63,250 bases of DNA, filler included, from Octopus bimaculoides (GCF_001194135.2; 6 parts of 4 records of this genome joined end to end with filler, not necessarily neighbours in it); one strand, 5' to 3'. Shown: positions 11,273 through 24,089, counted from the whole stretch's first letter. Translations and numbers: made by a program. Notes: generated from the letters alone by a model not told the origin.

Positions 11273-12739
11273 ATATATAAAAAAAAATACTAATTTACCA
11301 TAAACACAGTGTTTCAATTGTTAAATCATTCTTATCAGTGAGGACGAGGAGAGGTATACATATATAGCAGTCTTTTAAATGCAGCTTTAGAGTGTTCCTT
11401 ATTAACAGTGAGCTAGCTAGTCGCGCAAATGTTACACCAAATGGTGTCGCCGCTTGGCGATTAAATCGTTCTGTTGCTGTTGGGTGTAGGGGTTGTATCG
11501 TTGTCGACGTTGATAGCGTTGCCGTATTAATCATGGTGAATCCTCATTGGTAACGAAACTAAGATGTAGGGATCGACTTAATTGTATTTGCTCGGTCATT
11601 AGCCAACTTGAAGATGGGAATACGCTGAAATGGTTGAAGACTCTTCCTCGATATGCTTGGTGCACGCTGAGGTATGTCCTGCTCGAAACGCCAACTGTGT
11701 TTTAACCCGGTCCGGCTTATAGCGAGGGGTGAGATTTGTGAATCCTTCGGCAGCCAACAATTTTCTTCCGTGATTTAGGCGCTAAACTGCTAAACTAGGG
11801 GAAAATGGAGCGAATCTCGAGAACATTCGAAACGGTATTCACAAAATGGTTTCAAACTGGTTGGTCAATTTTTAGGTTAATCACATGAAAATGTAGTCCT
11901 TTCATGACAGTGAACTGGTAATTTCGTGTTTGGGGGTTCAAAGCCATACTATACAAGCAACAGAAAGAATTTGCTGATATACATAAAGATCTACACTAAG
12001 AAATATTTTCGTGATTGTTACGTTGTACCTGTTTCTAGAAGCAGTATAAAAGGCTCTTTCCGTATTTTGATTTTAAATACTTTTACCCTTATACCTGTTT
12101 CAGCCAGACTTCTTAACTGCACAGCTATACTCTTATCTGCAATATAATCTATTATTCGGAGCGCTGAATTCGCTTCGAGATATAAACCGTTAATAAAAAT
12201 TTATTTAAATATTTCACGAAACTTCAACATTTTGGTTTTAGGGGGTGGCTTGAAACTGAATGCGGTTGACGGGTTCCTCACCCTTGATCTAGTTAGACTG
12301 GTAATTGAATAGAATATCATAAAAAAAAAAAATAAGAAGGACCTACTTAAATATTTCATTTCTCTTGAGCGATGAAAACATTTCGTATATTCTGGAACTT
12401 CGGGTTCATTGTAAATAACACAATGCAGGATTCGGTATTGTTGTTAGCGCCTGTTTGTCTCTGCATTGATTTCATCGATATCTGTATAACACAAACACGC
12501 TTTTGTTTGTGATCATATAGCAAACAAGAACGTATTTATGAATTGTTTTGTTTTGTTTTGTTTTTATGGCTATATACGAGAAATATTACTGTATATATTA
12601 TAACAAATTTATAAAGTAACTAGGTTATTCATTGGCTGAACCTTTTCATTTCAAGAGTGAGAGAAATATCCCATTAAGTATCCTATTTTTCAATATACAC
12701 TGTTTCTTCTTGCACACAAGTCGAATTTTTTAAGTCAGA

Positions 12740-13075
12740 AGGCTAAGAAGTGATTATACAAAAGGCCTTTGACTGCATACCGCAAATCGCTAGACAACTT
12801 CAAAAGTTCTCTTGCAATTTCAAACATCCTGAAGTATAATACGTCATTGTGGAATACGACTCTCCAACTACACCACTCTAATGGATACTAGCTTAAAAAA
12901 ATACTAAGTCGAATTTTCCAGACCAAAATGGTAGGCTGACTTGTAAACCAAGACGACTTTGGCGGACCAAAAATCCTGTGTGAAATACCGCAGGATTTGG
13001 AAAGATAGTGACGATATTTGAATGTTTACACTATGTTTTCACTATATACTAAATCAAATTGTACGCTACAAAATA
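12740..13075 (+). mobile_element. Degraded R4/Dong-like RT fragment
   Basis: Frameshifted motifs DY.K-AFDCIP, WNTTLQLHHSNG, RIFQ and IKLYAT, in the order expected for RLE-LINE RT. Confidence 0.55.
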
Positions 13076-14547
13076 CAGTATATATTGAGGCTCTATTCTC
13101 AAGGTTATAATAAGATTATATTGTTATAACTGTTATCAATCTTGTAAGGGATAATCAGTAAAATTGATCAGCATATCAATTTCACTGTTGATATGCAAAC
13201 GAACGTAACGCCTACAGAACCAAATAACACAACGTAAATCACTTTTGTACTCTGAGCTGTCATCTCTTACCGATAAACATATATAACTACACATGTGTGT
13301 TCGTGTGCTTGCGTATTTGTATACATCCGCGTCATGGATGATTGTATATTATAGCAGCCAGCAAGTGGTTTCATGAATAAATTATAGAGTACTCAACATG
13401 TTATGTAGAGCAAGTACATATATTAACACGCATTAAGACAGTGGACTGAACAATGCCTTGTGACAGAATTTGTTAGACGGAAACTGTAGGGAAGCTCCAG
13501 GCTATAAAAATGACTTCTAGGATCAATTCGTTTGACTTTCATGGCGGTGCCCCAGCATGACCGCAATCAAATAAGTGAAAGAAATAAAAGAGAATGTATG
13601 CATGTATGTATGTATTTATGTATGTGTGTATGCATGTATGTATGTGTTTATGTATGTCTGTATATGTATGTGTGTACATACATGTGCATGTGTGTGTGTG
13701 CGTGTGTGTGTTTGTGGTGCGTGTGTGTGTTTGTGGTGTGTGTGTGTGTATGTATGTATGTATGTATGTAGGTATGCGTGTATGTATGTATGTATGTATG
13801 TAGGTAGGTAGGTATGTATGCATGTATGTATGCATGTATGTATGCATGGATGTATAGATAGTTAGACAGNNNNNNNNNNNNNNNNNNNNNNNNNNNNNNN
13901 NNNNNNNNNNNNNNNNNNNNNNNNNNNNNNNNNNNNNNNNNNNNNNNNNNNNNNNNNNNNNNNNNNNNNNNNNNNNNNNNNNNNNNNNNNNNNNNNNNNN
14001 NNNNNNNNNNNNNNNNNNNNNNNNNNNNNNNNNNNNNNNNNNNNNNNNNNNNNNNNNNNNNNNNNNNNNNNNNNNNNNNNNNNNNNNNNNNNNNNNNNNN
14101 NNNNNNNNNNNNNNNNNNNNNNNNNNNNNNNNNNNNNNNNNNNNNNNNNNNNNNNNNNNNNNNNNNNNNNNNNNNNNNNNNNNNNNNNNNNNNNNNNNNN
14201 NNNNNNNNNNNNNNNNNNNNNNNNNNNNNNNNNNNNNNNNNNNNNNNNNNNNNNNNNNNNNNNNNNNNNNNNNNNNNNNNNNNNNNNNNNNNNNNNNNNN
14301 NNNNNNNNNNNNNNNNNNNNNNNNNNNNNNNNNNNNNNNNNNNNNNNNNNNNNNNNNNNNNNNNNNNNNNNNNNNNNNNNNNNNNNNNNNNNNNNNNNNN
14401 NNNNNNNNNNNNNNNNNNGGGAGAGAGAGAGAGGGGGAGAGAGAGAGGGGGAGAGAGAGAGAGGTGGAGGGATATGGGAATACAGATACTTATATATACA
14501 TATATGTATTTTATTCTCAAATCACCAGCAAAAAGCTATGAATAATG

Positions 14548-14722
14548 GTATCGAATCATGGCACAACGCCAGCAAGTTCGCTGGAGCAGGGAGGTCGATT
14601 ACATCAATCCCCAGTATTAAACTGGTAATTATTTTATCGACCTCGAAAGGATGAAAGGCAAAGTCGACCTCTGCAATGCATTGATGCCAGGCGTGCTAAC
14701 GATTCTGCCAGCTTGCCGCCTT
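14548..14722 (-). mobile_element. Internally deleted SINE family A with 16-bp TSD
   Basis: aaagctatgaataatg at 14532-14547 and 14723-14738. Confidence 0.85.
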
Positions 14723-15140
14723 AAAGCTATGAATAATGACGTGTAAATATTGGGTTGTGAAACCCTTTTGGATAGAGATGTGGGTTCGAGTCCCAAAGGC
14801 TGCATCCGACTTTTCCAATCCAATCAGTGAATCGCGTATGTTAAAAACAAACATTGCTTTTGTTTTAACGATATTATCCGAAACACGGCTTTGGGCCACT
14901 GATGCATAAGAAAGTAGAAAGAAGGAAAAGAAGGGGACTGCAAATTCAAGATGTCGATTAACATAAAGCTTAAAACTTAAATACCATAGACCAGAGGATA
15001 ATTCAACGATAGTAGTGAGTTCCAGAGATCTGCAGTCTAAGTTTTTTTTTTCGGTGACAAGATACAATAGCGTCAAGCTTAGTAACGTTTGAATCTGCCA
15101 GAACGCATTGACAGTGAATAGACATCGTTATTGTTTAGGT

Positions 15141-15461
15141 CAGGGATCGGGGAACTTTTTTAACCAATTACCCCAAAAGCTATTTATTTACGCCGGACGT
15201 TACCAACCCACCTTGATTTGAAAAGAAGAAATCATAGATTCTTTGAATTCAAAAGGTTTATTGAATCTATTCATATGAATCTATTTACACATCCAGTACA
15301 TTGGACAGATTCAATATTGTCAGAAGAAAATTTTCTGTCGTAACAAGGAACACGTTTTTTTATATAATTTTACTTATGTCTAATGAGTCATCATTACTCA
15401 TTAAGAATTTCATTTTCACCCCCACTTGGGGCAATTTATCCTTGGTTTAGATTTCTTACTG
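15141..15461. mobile_element. Probable hAT/Charlie-type MITE
   Basis: Starts cagggatcggggaac and ends ggtttagatttcttactg. Subterminal aattacccc/ggggcaatt; flanks gtttaggt and gtttagta (6/8). Confidence 0.4.
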
Positions 15462-16216
15462 TTTAGTATGCACCTCATGAATTATATATACTTCTTCAAC
15501 AAAATACAAATGATAGCTTTCAACACTACCTGTTAGTTAAAGTCTCAGCCTATCCTACCCTTACCTCACTTTCGCCCAAATTATTTCCTAAGTAATTTAC
15601 CAACTAAAAACGTTCAATTTTATTCCTGTTTTACAGTCACATATCATTTTTGATTTGTCATGCTTCTCAGATGTTCGTTTCAACTTTGACCTATTCTGTA
15701 GTCCTTAGAATTTTTTAACCCTAAAAGATTCGTGTAACAAAACAGATGTGTTTTGTAGTACAATAAAAAATAAAAAGGAGGGCATATGGCTTAGTTGTGC
15801 TAAGCATTGAGATTAGAGTAATTTCGACTCCCTTTGAGATTTTGCAGGAACTGTTATAGCTTTTGATCTTTTCTCTGATATTTTGGTATTTTGTATCCAA
15901 CTGCAGAGTCAGCTGCTTCTTTATAAAATCCCAGACACTTCGTAGATCAAACTAGACGGAATATCTGCATCTGTTTTGGCTACATCTGTTATGTTTACGT
16001 CTGTTTTGACTCGGCCATTTTTTATTAACAGCCCACAACACCACCGAATCTACTTTACACTTTATTTTCACGTTAGGAAAACGATATTTTGCCGTAAAAA
16101 ACGTCCCCCACCCCACCCCCATCACATCTCGACATAACTGAGCATCAAGAAGTGCGTATGGGTCTGTGAGGTTTTGTTCCTTAGATTCATATTTCAAAGC
16201 TTCTGAGTGTGTATCC

Positions 16217-16251
<35 letters not shown>

Positions 16252-16342
16252 CGTGTGTGTAGATAGATAAATAAATAGACAGACAGATAGACAGACAGCC
16301 AGCCGGCCAGCCAGCCAGCCAGACAGACAGACNNNNNNNNNN

Positions 16343-16417
<75 letters not shown>

Positions 16418-16481
16418 TAGACAGATAGATAGACAGACAGATAGACAGATAGGTAGATAGGTAGATAAAATCCAAGCTAGG

Positions 16482-16766
16482 TATGTTTCATAGCGAGCAG
16501 AAAGTGGCAAATATCCAAACGAGGTATATATCGCAGGCTACTCTTCAGGATAAGGGTATCTTGATTAAATGAAAGTTTACATTGTCGTTAGGAGGCCCAT
16601 ACCAACGCACGGAAAATGGATCGAATCCTCCGTATATGAACATAGGCGTTCTAGCGGCTGTGTAAACTTCACTTGATCAAGATACCCTCCGCCTGAAGAG
16701 TAACCTGCGGTATTCACTTCGTTTGGATATTTACCACTTTCGAGGTTCAAATCGCTATGAAACATA
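16482..16766. mobile_element. Foldback (palindromic) MITE-like element, TA-flanked
   Basis: tatgtttcatagcga (16482-16496) pairs with tcgctatgaaacata (16752-16766). The arms stay complementary nearly to the centre at ~16622. Confidence 0.75.
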
Positions 16767-17123
16767 TGTAACCCGGATTTTATGTATTCCATTCCTTAAC
16801 TCCTGGATTTTTATTCGCATACTTGGCAACCCTGGCTGACTACCGTAAAATATAAAATAATTTCGTTCAGCTTATCATACTTCGACATGGAGAAAATCCA
16901 ATGAGCCACTATTGTTCCTGAAAGTAGTTTTTTAAATATTTTCTACGGATTGCTTGAAGCTCACTTTCTTCCTACACTTTGGTCCTTGGATCTTACATTT
17001 ATATATNNNNNNNNNNNNNNNNNNNNNNNNNNNNNNNNNNNNNNNNNNNNNNNNNNNNNNNNNNNNNNNNNNNNNNNNNNNNNNNNNNNNNNNNNNNNNN
17101 NNNNNNNNNNNNNNNNNNNNNNN

Positions 17124-17487
17124 GTACCTCTGAAAAACCTAAACCTTGTGTATATTACGCACCCCTTCTCTAACTTGAGTCAGGGAGGTCTATATAACGT
17201 CCTTGGTTTGTAAACGTATATACGGTAACGTCCTTTATTATTTTTGTATATATAACATAGTGCAAGCATGTAGCTTTTTTGTGCACTTTGCAGAAAATAA
17301 AGAAATAACAGTAATAACGTCAGTGAAAAATAAATATTAAGTAAATTGCCTTTACATATTTATCACTGTGAAAATTTTGCTTAGAAAATATTTTTCATTT
17401 TTAACCTCGTATATAGTACGCTCTAGAAATTTTGACCTTTAAATTTTCGTGGAAAAAAGTGCGGATTATACTCGAGGATTTACGGTA
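17124..17487. mobile_element. pogo/Tigger-like non-autonomous element, right end
   Basis: Ends gcggattatactcgaggatttacgg-ta, a CCGTA-type TIR plus TA. The left end is probably in the gap. Confidence 0.55.
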
Positions 17488-18345
17488 TGTGTGTGTTTGT
17501 GCTTTTGTGTGTGTGTGTATACACATACATACATACATACATATATATATTAATATATTTCATTAGGATATATAATTAATGCACAGCGTCAAATCTTGTT
17601 CTTAAACTGATCAATTTCTTCGTCAATGCTTTTCACACTTGTTTAATTACTCAATATCAACTGATAGAGTTATATTAGTTATATATATGTTACTGGGCCA
17701 ATCAAAAATCAATGTAATTGATTTTTTTTTAAAAAAGCAAGAAAATTACACCACTTTACCGCTTGGTTGAAAATTTAGTTTTGATATTATCAGCTTCATC
17801 TCCAACGCATATTTATTCATTGAAAAGTTTTAATACACAATGAAAATAAGTAAAATAAAAATAACACTGGATTTCGAATGCTGATAGTTGTAAAATCGTT
17901 GATTATGTTAGACTGTTCTGACACGGGTTATCTGCAAACAGGATGTACTAGCTACTACCATTTTAATTTATCTCGAAAACGGAAGCTTTCAAAATAGCTT
18001 TATTCAATATCAAATGAACATTTGATTTTATGCTAAGTATTTCACCAAATATTACTCAAAATCGGGAAGGAAAAAAATAAACAGAATAATTTCTGATGCA
18101 CATACTCGAGCTATGGAATAATCCGATATGCAGTTGCGTAAAACACTAAATACGGCCGGATCACGTGAGTACAAAGCGAGTTTCTTGACCATGCGCCATG
18201 ATGTTAGAAATCAATATTTTCTCTTAATAACGCCACTGAACCAAATCTACGACAATGTTTAGTTCTTTTATTTGTAGGTTCTCAGTCATTCCATGCATGA
18301 TTCTACATTACAATCCTCCAAGAGCATGCAAATAATAACAGTTAT

Positions 18346-18728
18346 TGTTGGCACTCCGTCGCTTACGACGTCGAGGGTTCCAGTTGATCCGATCAACGGA
18401 AAAGCCTGCTCGTGAAATTAACGTGCAAGTGGCTGAGCACTCCACAGACACGTGTACCCTTAACGCAGTTCTCGAGGATATTCAGCGTGACACAGTGTGA
18501 CAAGGCTGACCCTTTGAATTACAGGCACAACAGAAACAGGAAGTAAGAGTGAGAGAAAGTTGTGGTGAAAGAGTACAGCAGGGTTCGCCACCATCCCCTG
18601 CCGGAGCCTCGTGGAGCTTAAGGTGTTTTCGCTCAATAAACACTCACAACGCCCGGTCTGGGAATCGAAACCGCGATCCTATGACCGCGAGTCCGCTGCC
18701 CTAACCACTGGGTCATTGCGCCTCCACT
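18346..18728 (-). mobile_element. tRNA-derived SINE (family C body), full length, 11-bp TSD
   Basis: Head ggaggcgcaatgacccagtgg...ggtttcgattccc; TSD ataacagttat at 18335-18345 and 18729-18739. Confidence 0.93.
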
Positions 18729-18831
18729 ATAACAGTTATAGACAGCAGTCAAACCAGTTTGCATCTATCTATCTATCTATCTATCCATACATATACATTT
18801 ATGTGTGTGTGTGCGTGCGCGCGCGCGCGTG

Positions 18832-18862
<31 letters not shown>

Positions 18863-19139
18863 TCTTTCAGTCATTAGACAAGTATCAGCTGAGTACTGGG
18901 GTCGATATAATCGACTTACTCCTCCCCTGAAATTGCGGGTCTTGTGCCAAAATTTGAAACCAATATCTATAAAATACAGTATTATAGATTTCCTCCGATT
19001 TTTACCAATCCCCGGCACTCGTCGGAAGGGCTGATAGGAAACGCTCTCGTGTAAAATCGATTGGTTTGCTTTTCTAATGTACGGATTCTTAGATGATTAT
19101 ATGTGCGCATGCATGTGTGTTTATTTTCCTAACCCTGTT

Positions 19140-19293
19140 TGACCACCGCTGTTGGTTTGTTTATGTCTCCGCCATCAAGTGGTTCGGCGAAAAAAGCTAT
19201 CTATAGATTAAGTACTGGGATTAAAATAAGTACTGGGATCTGTGGTGCTCAGGCAGGATTGCAGATCAGCGACTGAAACAAGTAAAAGAATAA
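19140..19293 (+). mobile_element. SINE family B, 3' part
   Basis: Ends gactgaaacaagtaaaagaataa. Confidence 0.65.
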
Positions 19294-19308
19294 TCCTGAG
19301 TACTATTG

Positions 19309-19947
19309 CAGTACTTCTCAACCATTTCTTTACCTATGGATCCCTTTGATTCCTGTTCTATCTACTGGACCTCCATAGCCATTCGATGTATATAAAAATG
19401 GATCCCACTGTATTTTTCTATAAGTGAATATTGTTAGAAATTGCATAAAAAATTTTGAATATCATTGTGTATTGTAGAAGTTGGTGTTGTTGGCACTCCG
19501 TCGCTTACGACGTCGAGGATTCCAATTGATCCAATCAACGGAACAGCCTGCTCGTGAAATTAACGTGCAAGTGGCTGAGCACTCCACAGACACGTGTACC
19601 CTTAACGTAGTTCTCGGGGATATTCAGCGTGATACAGTGTGACAAGGCTGACCCTTTGAATTACAGGCACAACAGAAACAGGAAGTAAGAGTGAGAGAAA
19701 GTTGTGGTGAAAGAGTACAGCAGGGTTCGCCACCATCTCCCGCCGGAGCCTCGTGGAGCTTTAGGTGTTTTCGCTCAATAAACACTCACAACGCCCGGTC
19801 TGGAAATCGAAACCGCAATTCTATGACCGCGAGTCCGCTGCCCAAACCACTGGGCCATCGCGCCTCAACCTTGTAGAAGTATAAGCAATGTATTGCACAC
19901 AAATTTTAACAACAAAATTTTATATGAACCTCGGTTGAGAACCACTG
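19309..19947. mobile_element. hAT (Charlie-like) MITE, ~240 bp without the nested SINE
   Basis: TIRs cagtacttctcaacc / ggttgagaaccactg (13/15); 8-bp TSD tactattg / tactatgg. Confidence 0.85.
19482..19870 (-). mobile_element. tRNA-derived SINE (same family as 18346-18728), 10-bp TSD
   Basis: TSD ttgtagaagt at 19472-19481 and 19871-19880. Confidence 0.93.
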
Positions 19948-21419
19948 TACTATGGGCACAAGGCCAGAAATTTTGTGGAAGGGGCTTAATCGATGACATT
20001 GACCCCAGTCAACTGATACTTATTTCGTCGACCCTGAAATGGATGAAGTCGGCGGAAATTGAACTCAGAATATAAAGACAAAACACTGCTAACGATTCTG
20101 CCAGCTCGCTGCCTTAAAAGAATAAATGGATCATAAAATTAAAGAATACAAAACAGCGTGATAGCTTTAACTCTATATATTAGATTTTCAAATAAATTCG
20201 TTCATTGATTCATTTATTTTTATTTTATTTTAATCCTTTCCGTTGTTATTTGAATTATCTCGAAAATTATTTTTATTGTAGTGGTTTATAGTTTTTTGGG
20301 GGGAGTGGTTTTGTAGCTTTATTCTTCCTCTACATCTTCTGTTTATCGTTTTTGCCGTTGGAATACATTTCACCTCTTTTCAGACATACCATGATGGAGT
20401 GCCAAGTAAGAAGAAAAGAAAAGAAAACGAACGAATTTATCTGACAGTCCAATGTGTCGTGATCTTAACGACAGGAACCAAACGAAGCATTTCTAGACTC
20501 AATCTTGAATCTCCTTCTAAGTGCAAATATCTGTAAATTGAAGTGATATCTTGGCTAGTGACATAATAAACACTTGACTGGCAGCAAGTAAGAACGGAGA
20601 GATAAGAGAACGAGGCAAAAGAAAAATGGCATTAGAATATTTTGTCAATAAATGTCACATCCTTTGCCAGGCCTAAGCAGACATTTCCTTGTCTTTAATT
20701 ATCCCTAAACATGCATAAAAAGGGAAAAGCATGAACGCACTTATGTGTATACTACGTACGCCTTGCATACATCGTTGTTATGACATGTGTATACACGTCT
20801 GACGTAAAATAGTATTGCACAAATAAATAGTTGGTTGTGTTTATCTAAAAATAACCTATCGCAGAAATATGTTAGCACTGAACGCACTCCGTACTACTCG
20901 GACGTAGGTACGATACTCAGTGGTTACTATTCAACTACGGAATGTTAAACCAACACGGTCGAACTAACACCTTTAATTCCCTCTTGACAATTCACTCGGT
21001 TCTTATCTATTGTAATTGGTTAGTTCATCTTCAGTTACGTGAGGGTGTTCAGGGTTCTCCCATAACAATCGTTCTCCATAAACACACTTAAAAAGAAAAA
21101 TACGAATTCACGTGTACAGGTTTGTACATTGTTTACCATGAACACGCATAGGAAGGAAAACATGAAGATATATGCGTTCATATACATACATCTACACTAC
21201 ATACATCTACACATCATATACCATCTGCCATAAATAAAGTAATAGTTAGTGCTTCGGAGTTTCACTTTTGCTATCAATCTTGGTTCAATAAAAAATAAGA
21301 AATCCTCATTAGTGTTGTCTGTTTAAAAAATGTTTTCGTCATGACTTCAGTGATTCTAAAAATTCTATACGCAATTTCTAATGCCTAATTACTTTCGAAC
21401 CACCCTGTATATATGGAGG

Positions 21420-21515
21420 ATTTACTTGTTTCAGTCATTTGACTGTGGCCATGCTGGACCACCGCCTTTTAGTCGAGCAAATCGACCCCAGGACTTATTC
21501 TTTGTAATAAGTCCT
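21420..21515 (-). mobile_element. SINE family B, 3' part
   Basis: tttacttgtttcagtcatttgactgtggccatgctgga...caggacttattctttgtaa. Confidence 0.8.
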
Positions 21516-21634
21516 GTTATCTGTACTGCTGTTGCTATTGTTGTATTCGGAGTGAAATTATTGAACGCAGACGTTTGGACGCCTTGGATTTGAAAGGGCT
21601 GACTGGACATTCAGTCCGCTTTGGTGACAGTTTA

Positions 21635-21779
21635 GTGAGGAGTCGAATATGAATCCAGTTTTCTTGTTTGTGTTGTGTTAAGCTGCGTGTACGTTGGTGT
21701 GACAAATAACATTCAAGATTTAGATAACAAGCTTTTATATAACTGTGCTTTTACAAAAAGTGCATGTTCGACTCCTCAC
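21635..21779. mobile_element. 145-bp element with 17-bp terminal inverted repeats
   Basis: gtgaggagtcgaatatg / catgttcgactcctcac (16/17); flanks tta / ttg. Confidence 0.5.
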
Positions 21780-22289
21780 TTGAACAGTATAATTTTAGCG
21801 CTGAAGACAAACACATACGCGCGCTGAAATATTCAAGGAAATATACACGTATAGACAGACAGATAGATAGATTAAAATTTACTAAATGAACACGATTAAC
21901 CAGCATTTTCTCTCTCCCCACACACATAAACAGAAAAATAAAGAGAGAGGGTGGGGAGAACGAGAGAAACGTTAAAAAAATTTATGTTAAATAAGTAAGC
22001 GTCGAATCAGCGACGCCAAAATAAACGGCCCCACAACTGATGTACCAAAACGTCTCACATCCTATTGGGGTACATCGTTTTATGTAAGACTTAAACTATA
22101 ATAGTTTTCTATTTTCCACGTTTACAAGAAAACAATTCGTTTCCAAACTGTTGATGTCATTGAGACCCATAGTGCTTGAATGTCGTCATGATCAAGTTGT
22201 ATTGGTCAATGCTTTTACAATTTGAATTGCCATGCTTGGTCGTGTCCCTTTATGTTCCTCATTATTTTATTGACTGTTACCGTATGCTT

Positions 22290-23340
22290 TCATGGATCAG
22301 ACAATTTGCTGTATGGCCAAGCAAATCGGGGACTGGACCAGGACCTGCATCCCCTGTCAGCAAGCCAAGGTCCATCAACGCATCAAAGCACCCCTCGGCA
22401 ACTATGAACCACCTCAGGCCCGATTCAGCCATGTCAACATCGATCTTGTCGGCCCTCTACCACCTTTACAGGGCTGCTTGTATCTACTGACCTTGGTAGA
22501 CCGCTATACCCGTTGGCCTGAGGCTATCCCTCTCTGCAGCACGAAAACACAAGAAGTCAGCCGAACCTTCATCGCAAACTGGGTCGCCCGCTTCGGTGTC
22601 TCTGACAGCATCTCATCCGATCGGGGTCCACAATTCACCTCAAGACTGTGGCATGACATGTGTGACCTTTTTGGAATCACAATGAACCGCACAACAGCCT
22701 ACCACCTGCAGGCCAACGGATTAATGGAGAGGTTTCACCGCCGCCTGAAGGAATCCCTGGCAACCAGACATAACGGGCCAAATTGGATTGACCAACTCCC
22801 ATGGGTGATGCTAGTAATCCGCACCGCCCCAAAAGAAAATATCAACACTTCCTCTGCAGAAATGGTGTACGGTGCCAGGAGAGTTCCTTTCGAATACGAA
22901 GTCAGATCCGGATATCAAAAAGTACCTCGCACAACGGAGAGACAGCGTGGGCCAGTTTTGCCCTGTTCCCATGTCGACACACGGTACACCCAGATCATCT
23001 GTACCAAATGACCTCCGCACGACTAACTTTGTATTCGTTCGACGTGACACACGACGCAAACCCCTCCAGTTACCCTACGATGGTCCATATCAAGTTATAC
23101 ACCCGGGAGATAAAACATTCCTACTCCTAATCGCCGGACGACAAGACACAGTCTCCATCAATAGATTGTAACCGGCCCATCTCGATATTGTCAGCCCCGT
23201 TCAGGTAGCCCAGCCACCAAACAGGGGCCGCCCTAGACAGATCACACCAACCCTTGACAAGAAACAGTTACCAAATAATCAAGTAACCACACGCATGGGC
23301 AGGACAATTTAAACACCTTCCCGTTTCCAATGACACTCAA
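22290..23340 (+). mobile_element. Ty3/Gypsy integrase remnant (5'-truncated pol)
   Basis: CIPC, HVNIDLVGPLP, SDRGPQFTS, NGLMERFHRRLK and, after a frameshift near 22880, LQLPYDGPYQV. Nonsense codon at 23169. Confidence 0.92.
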
Positions 23341-23344
23341 CAGT

Positions 23345-23583
23345 TCTGGTGGGGAGCTATGTTGGGATAAGATTAATGACAGACGAACTGTAGACAGGAA
23401 CTTCGCTGCGCGTTAGCTAGGAAGTTGGTTAGCTACTAAAAGGGACTTCCGGTAGGAGAAGAACAAAAGAATGTCAGCAGTGTGCGTTAAACGAATCTGA
23501 ATGAACTGAACAGAAATAACTGGCAACTTGATATTGATAAATGAATTCCCATCTCTACTAGTTTGTTTGCGTATAGTTTAACA
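23345..23583 (+). mobile_element. Polypurine tract and probable 3' LTR
   Basis: tctggtggggagcta is followed by TGT at 23360, right after the pol stop. The LTR end at ...tttaaca (23583) is a guess. Confidence 0.55.
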
Positions 23584-23599
23584 AAGCTGTTATGTGTGT

Positions 23600-23659
<60 letters not shown>

Positions 23660-23670
23660 ANNNNNNNNNN

Positions 23671-23709
<39 letters not shown>

Positions 23710-24089
23710 ATGTATGTATGCATGCATGCATGTATGCTAACCTCAATTTTTAATTGTTTGTTGCCTTGACCTGTCATTGCCTGATCATTACCAACGGGTG
23801 ACAAAATGAAGTCAATGAAGAGATATGTTGCCTCTGAGTCTCTCGGGTTCATTAACTTTAGATTGAAAAGTGTTACTACGAGAAGAGAAGAGAGATCATG
23901 GATTTTCAGCTAGTTGTCAGTAACACTGTAGATAAGAAGAACTTTGGGTGCACGAATAAATAAAGTACAGCGAATTCATTCTCGGTTTGAGATTACATTG
24001 TATAACACAATTTTTATTTGTTTATTTATTATTTATTTCTTGTCTTTGATCAATAAGTGTTATTTCTTATTTGCTTCTATGTAGAAATC

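Larger units (their letters stand above)
19294..20114 (-). mobile_element. SINE family A interrupted by nested insertions
   Basis: Body at 19956-20114 and tail remnant at 19294-19308. TSD taaaagaataa at 19283-19293 and 20115-20125. Confidence 0.7.

Noticed and set aside
20384-20536. Acceptor followed by a 50-codon frame TYHDGVPSKKKRK...
   Set aside because: The basic stretch derives from an (AAAAG)n repeat, and there is no homology or partner exon.
21370-21410. Lone Tc1-like TIR (ctttcgaaccaccctgta)
   Set aside because: No matching second end was found nearby.
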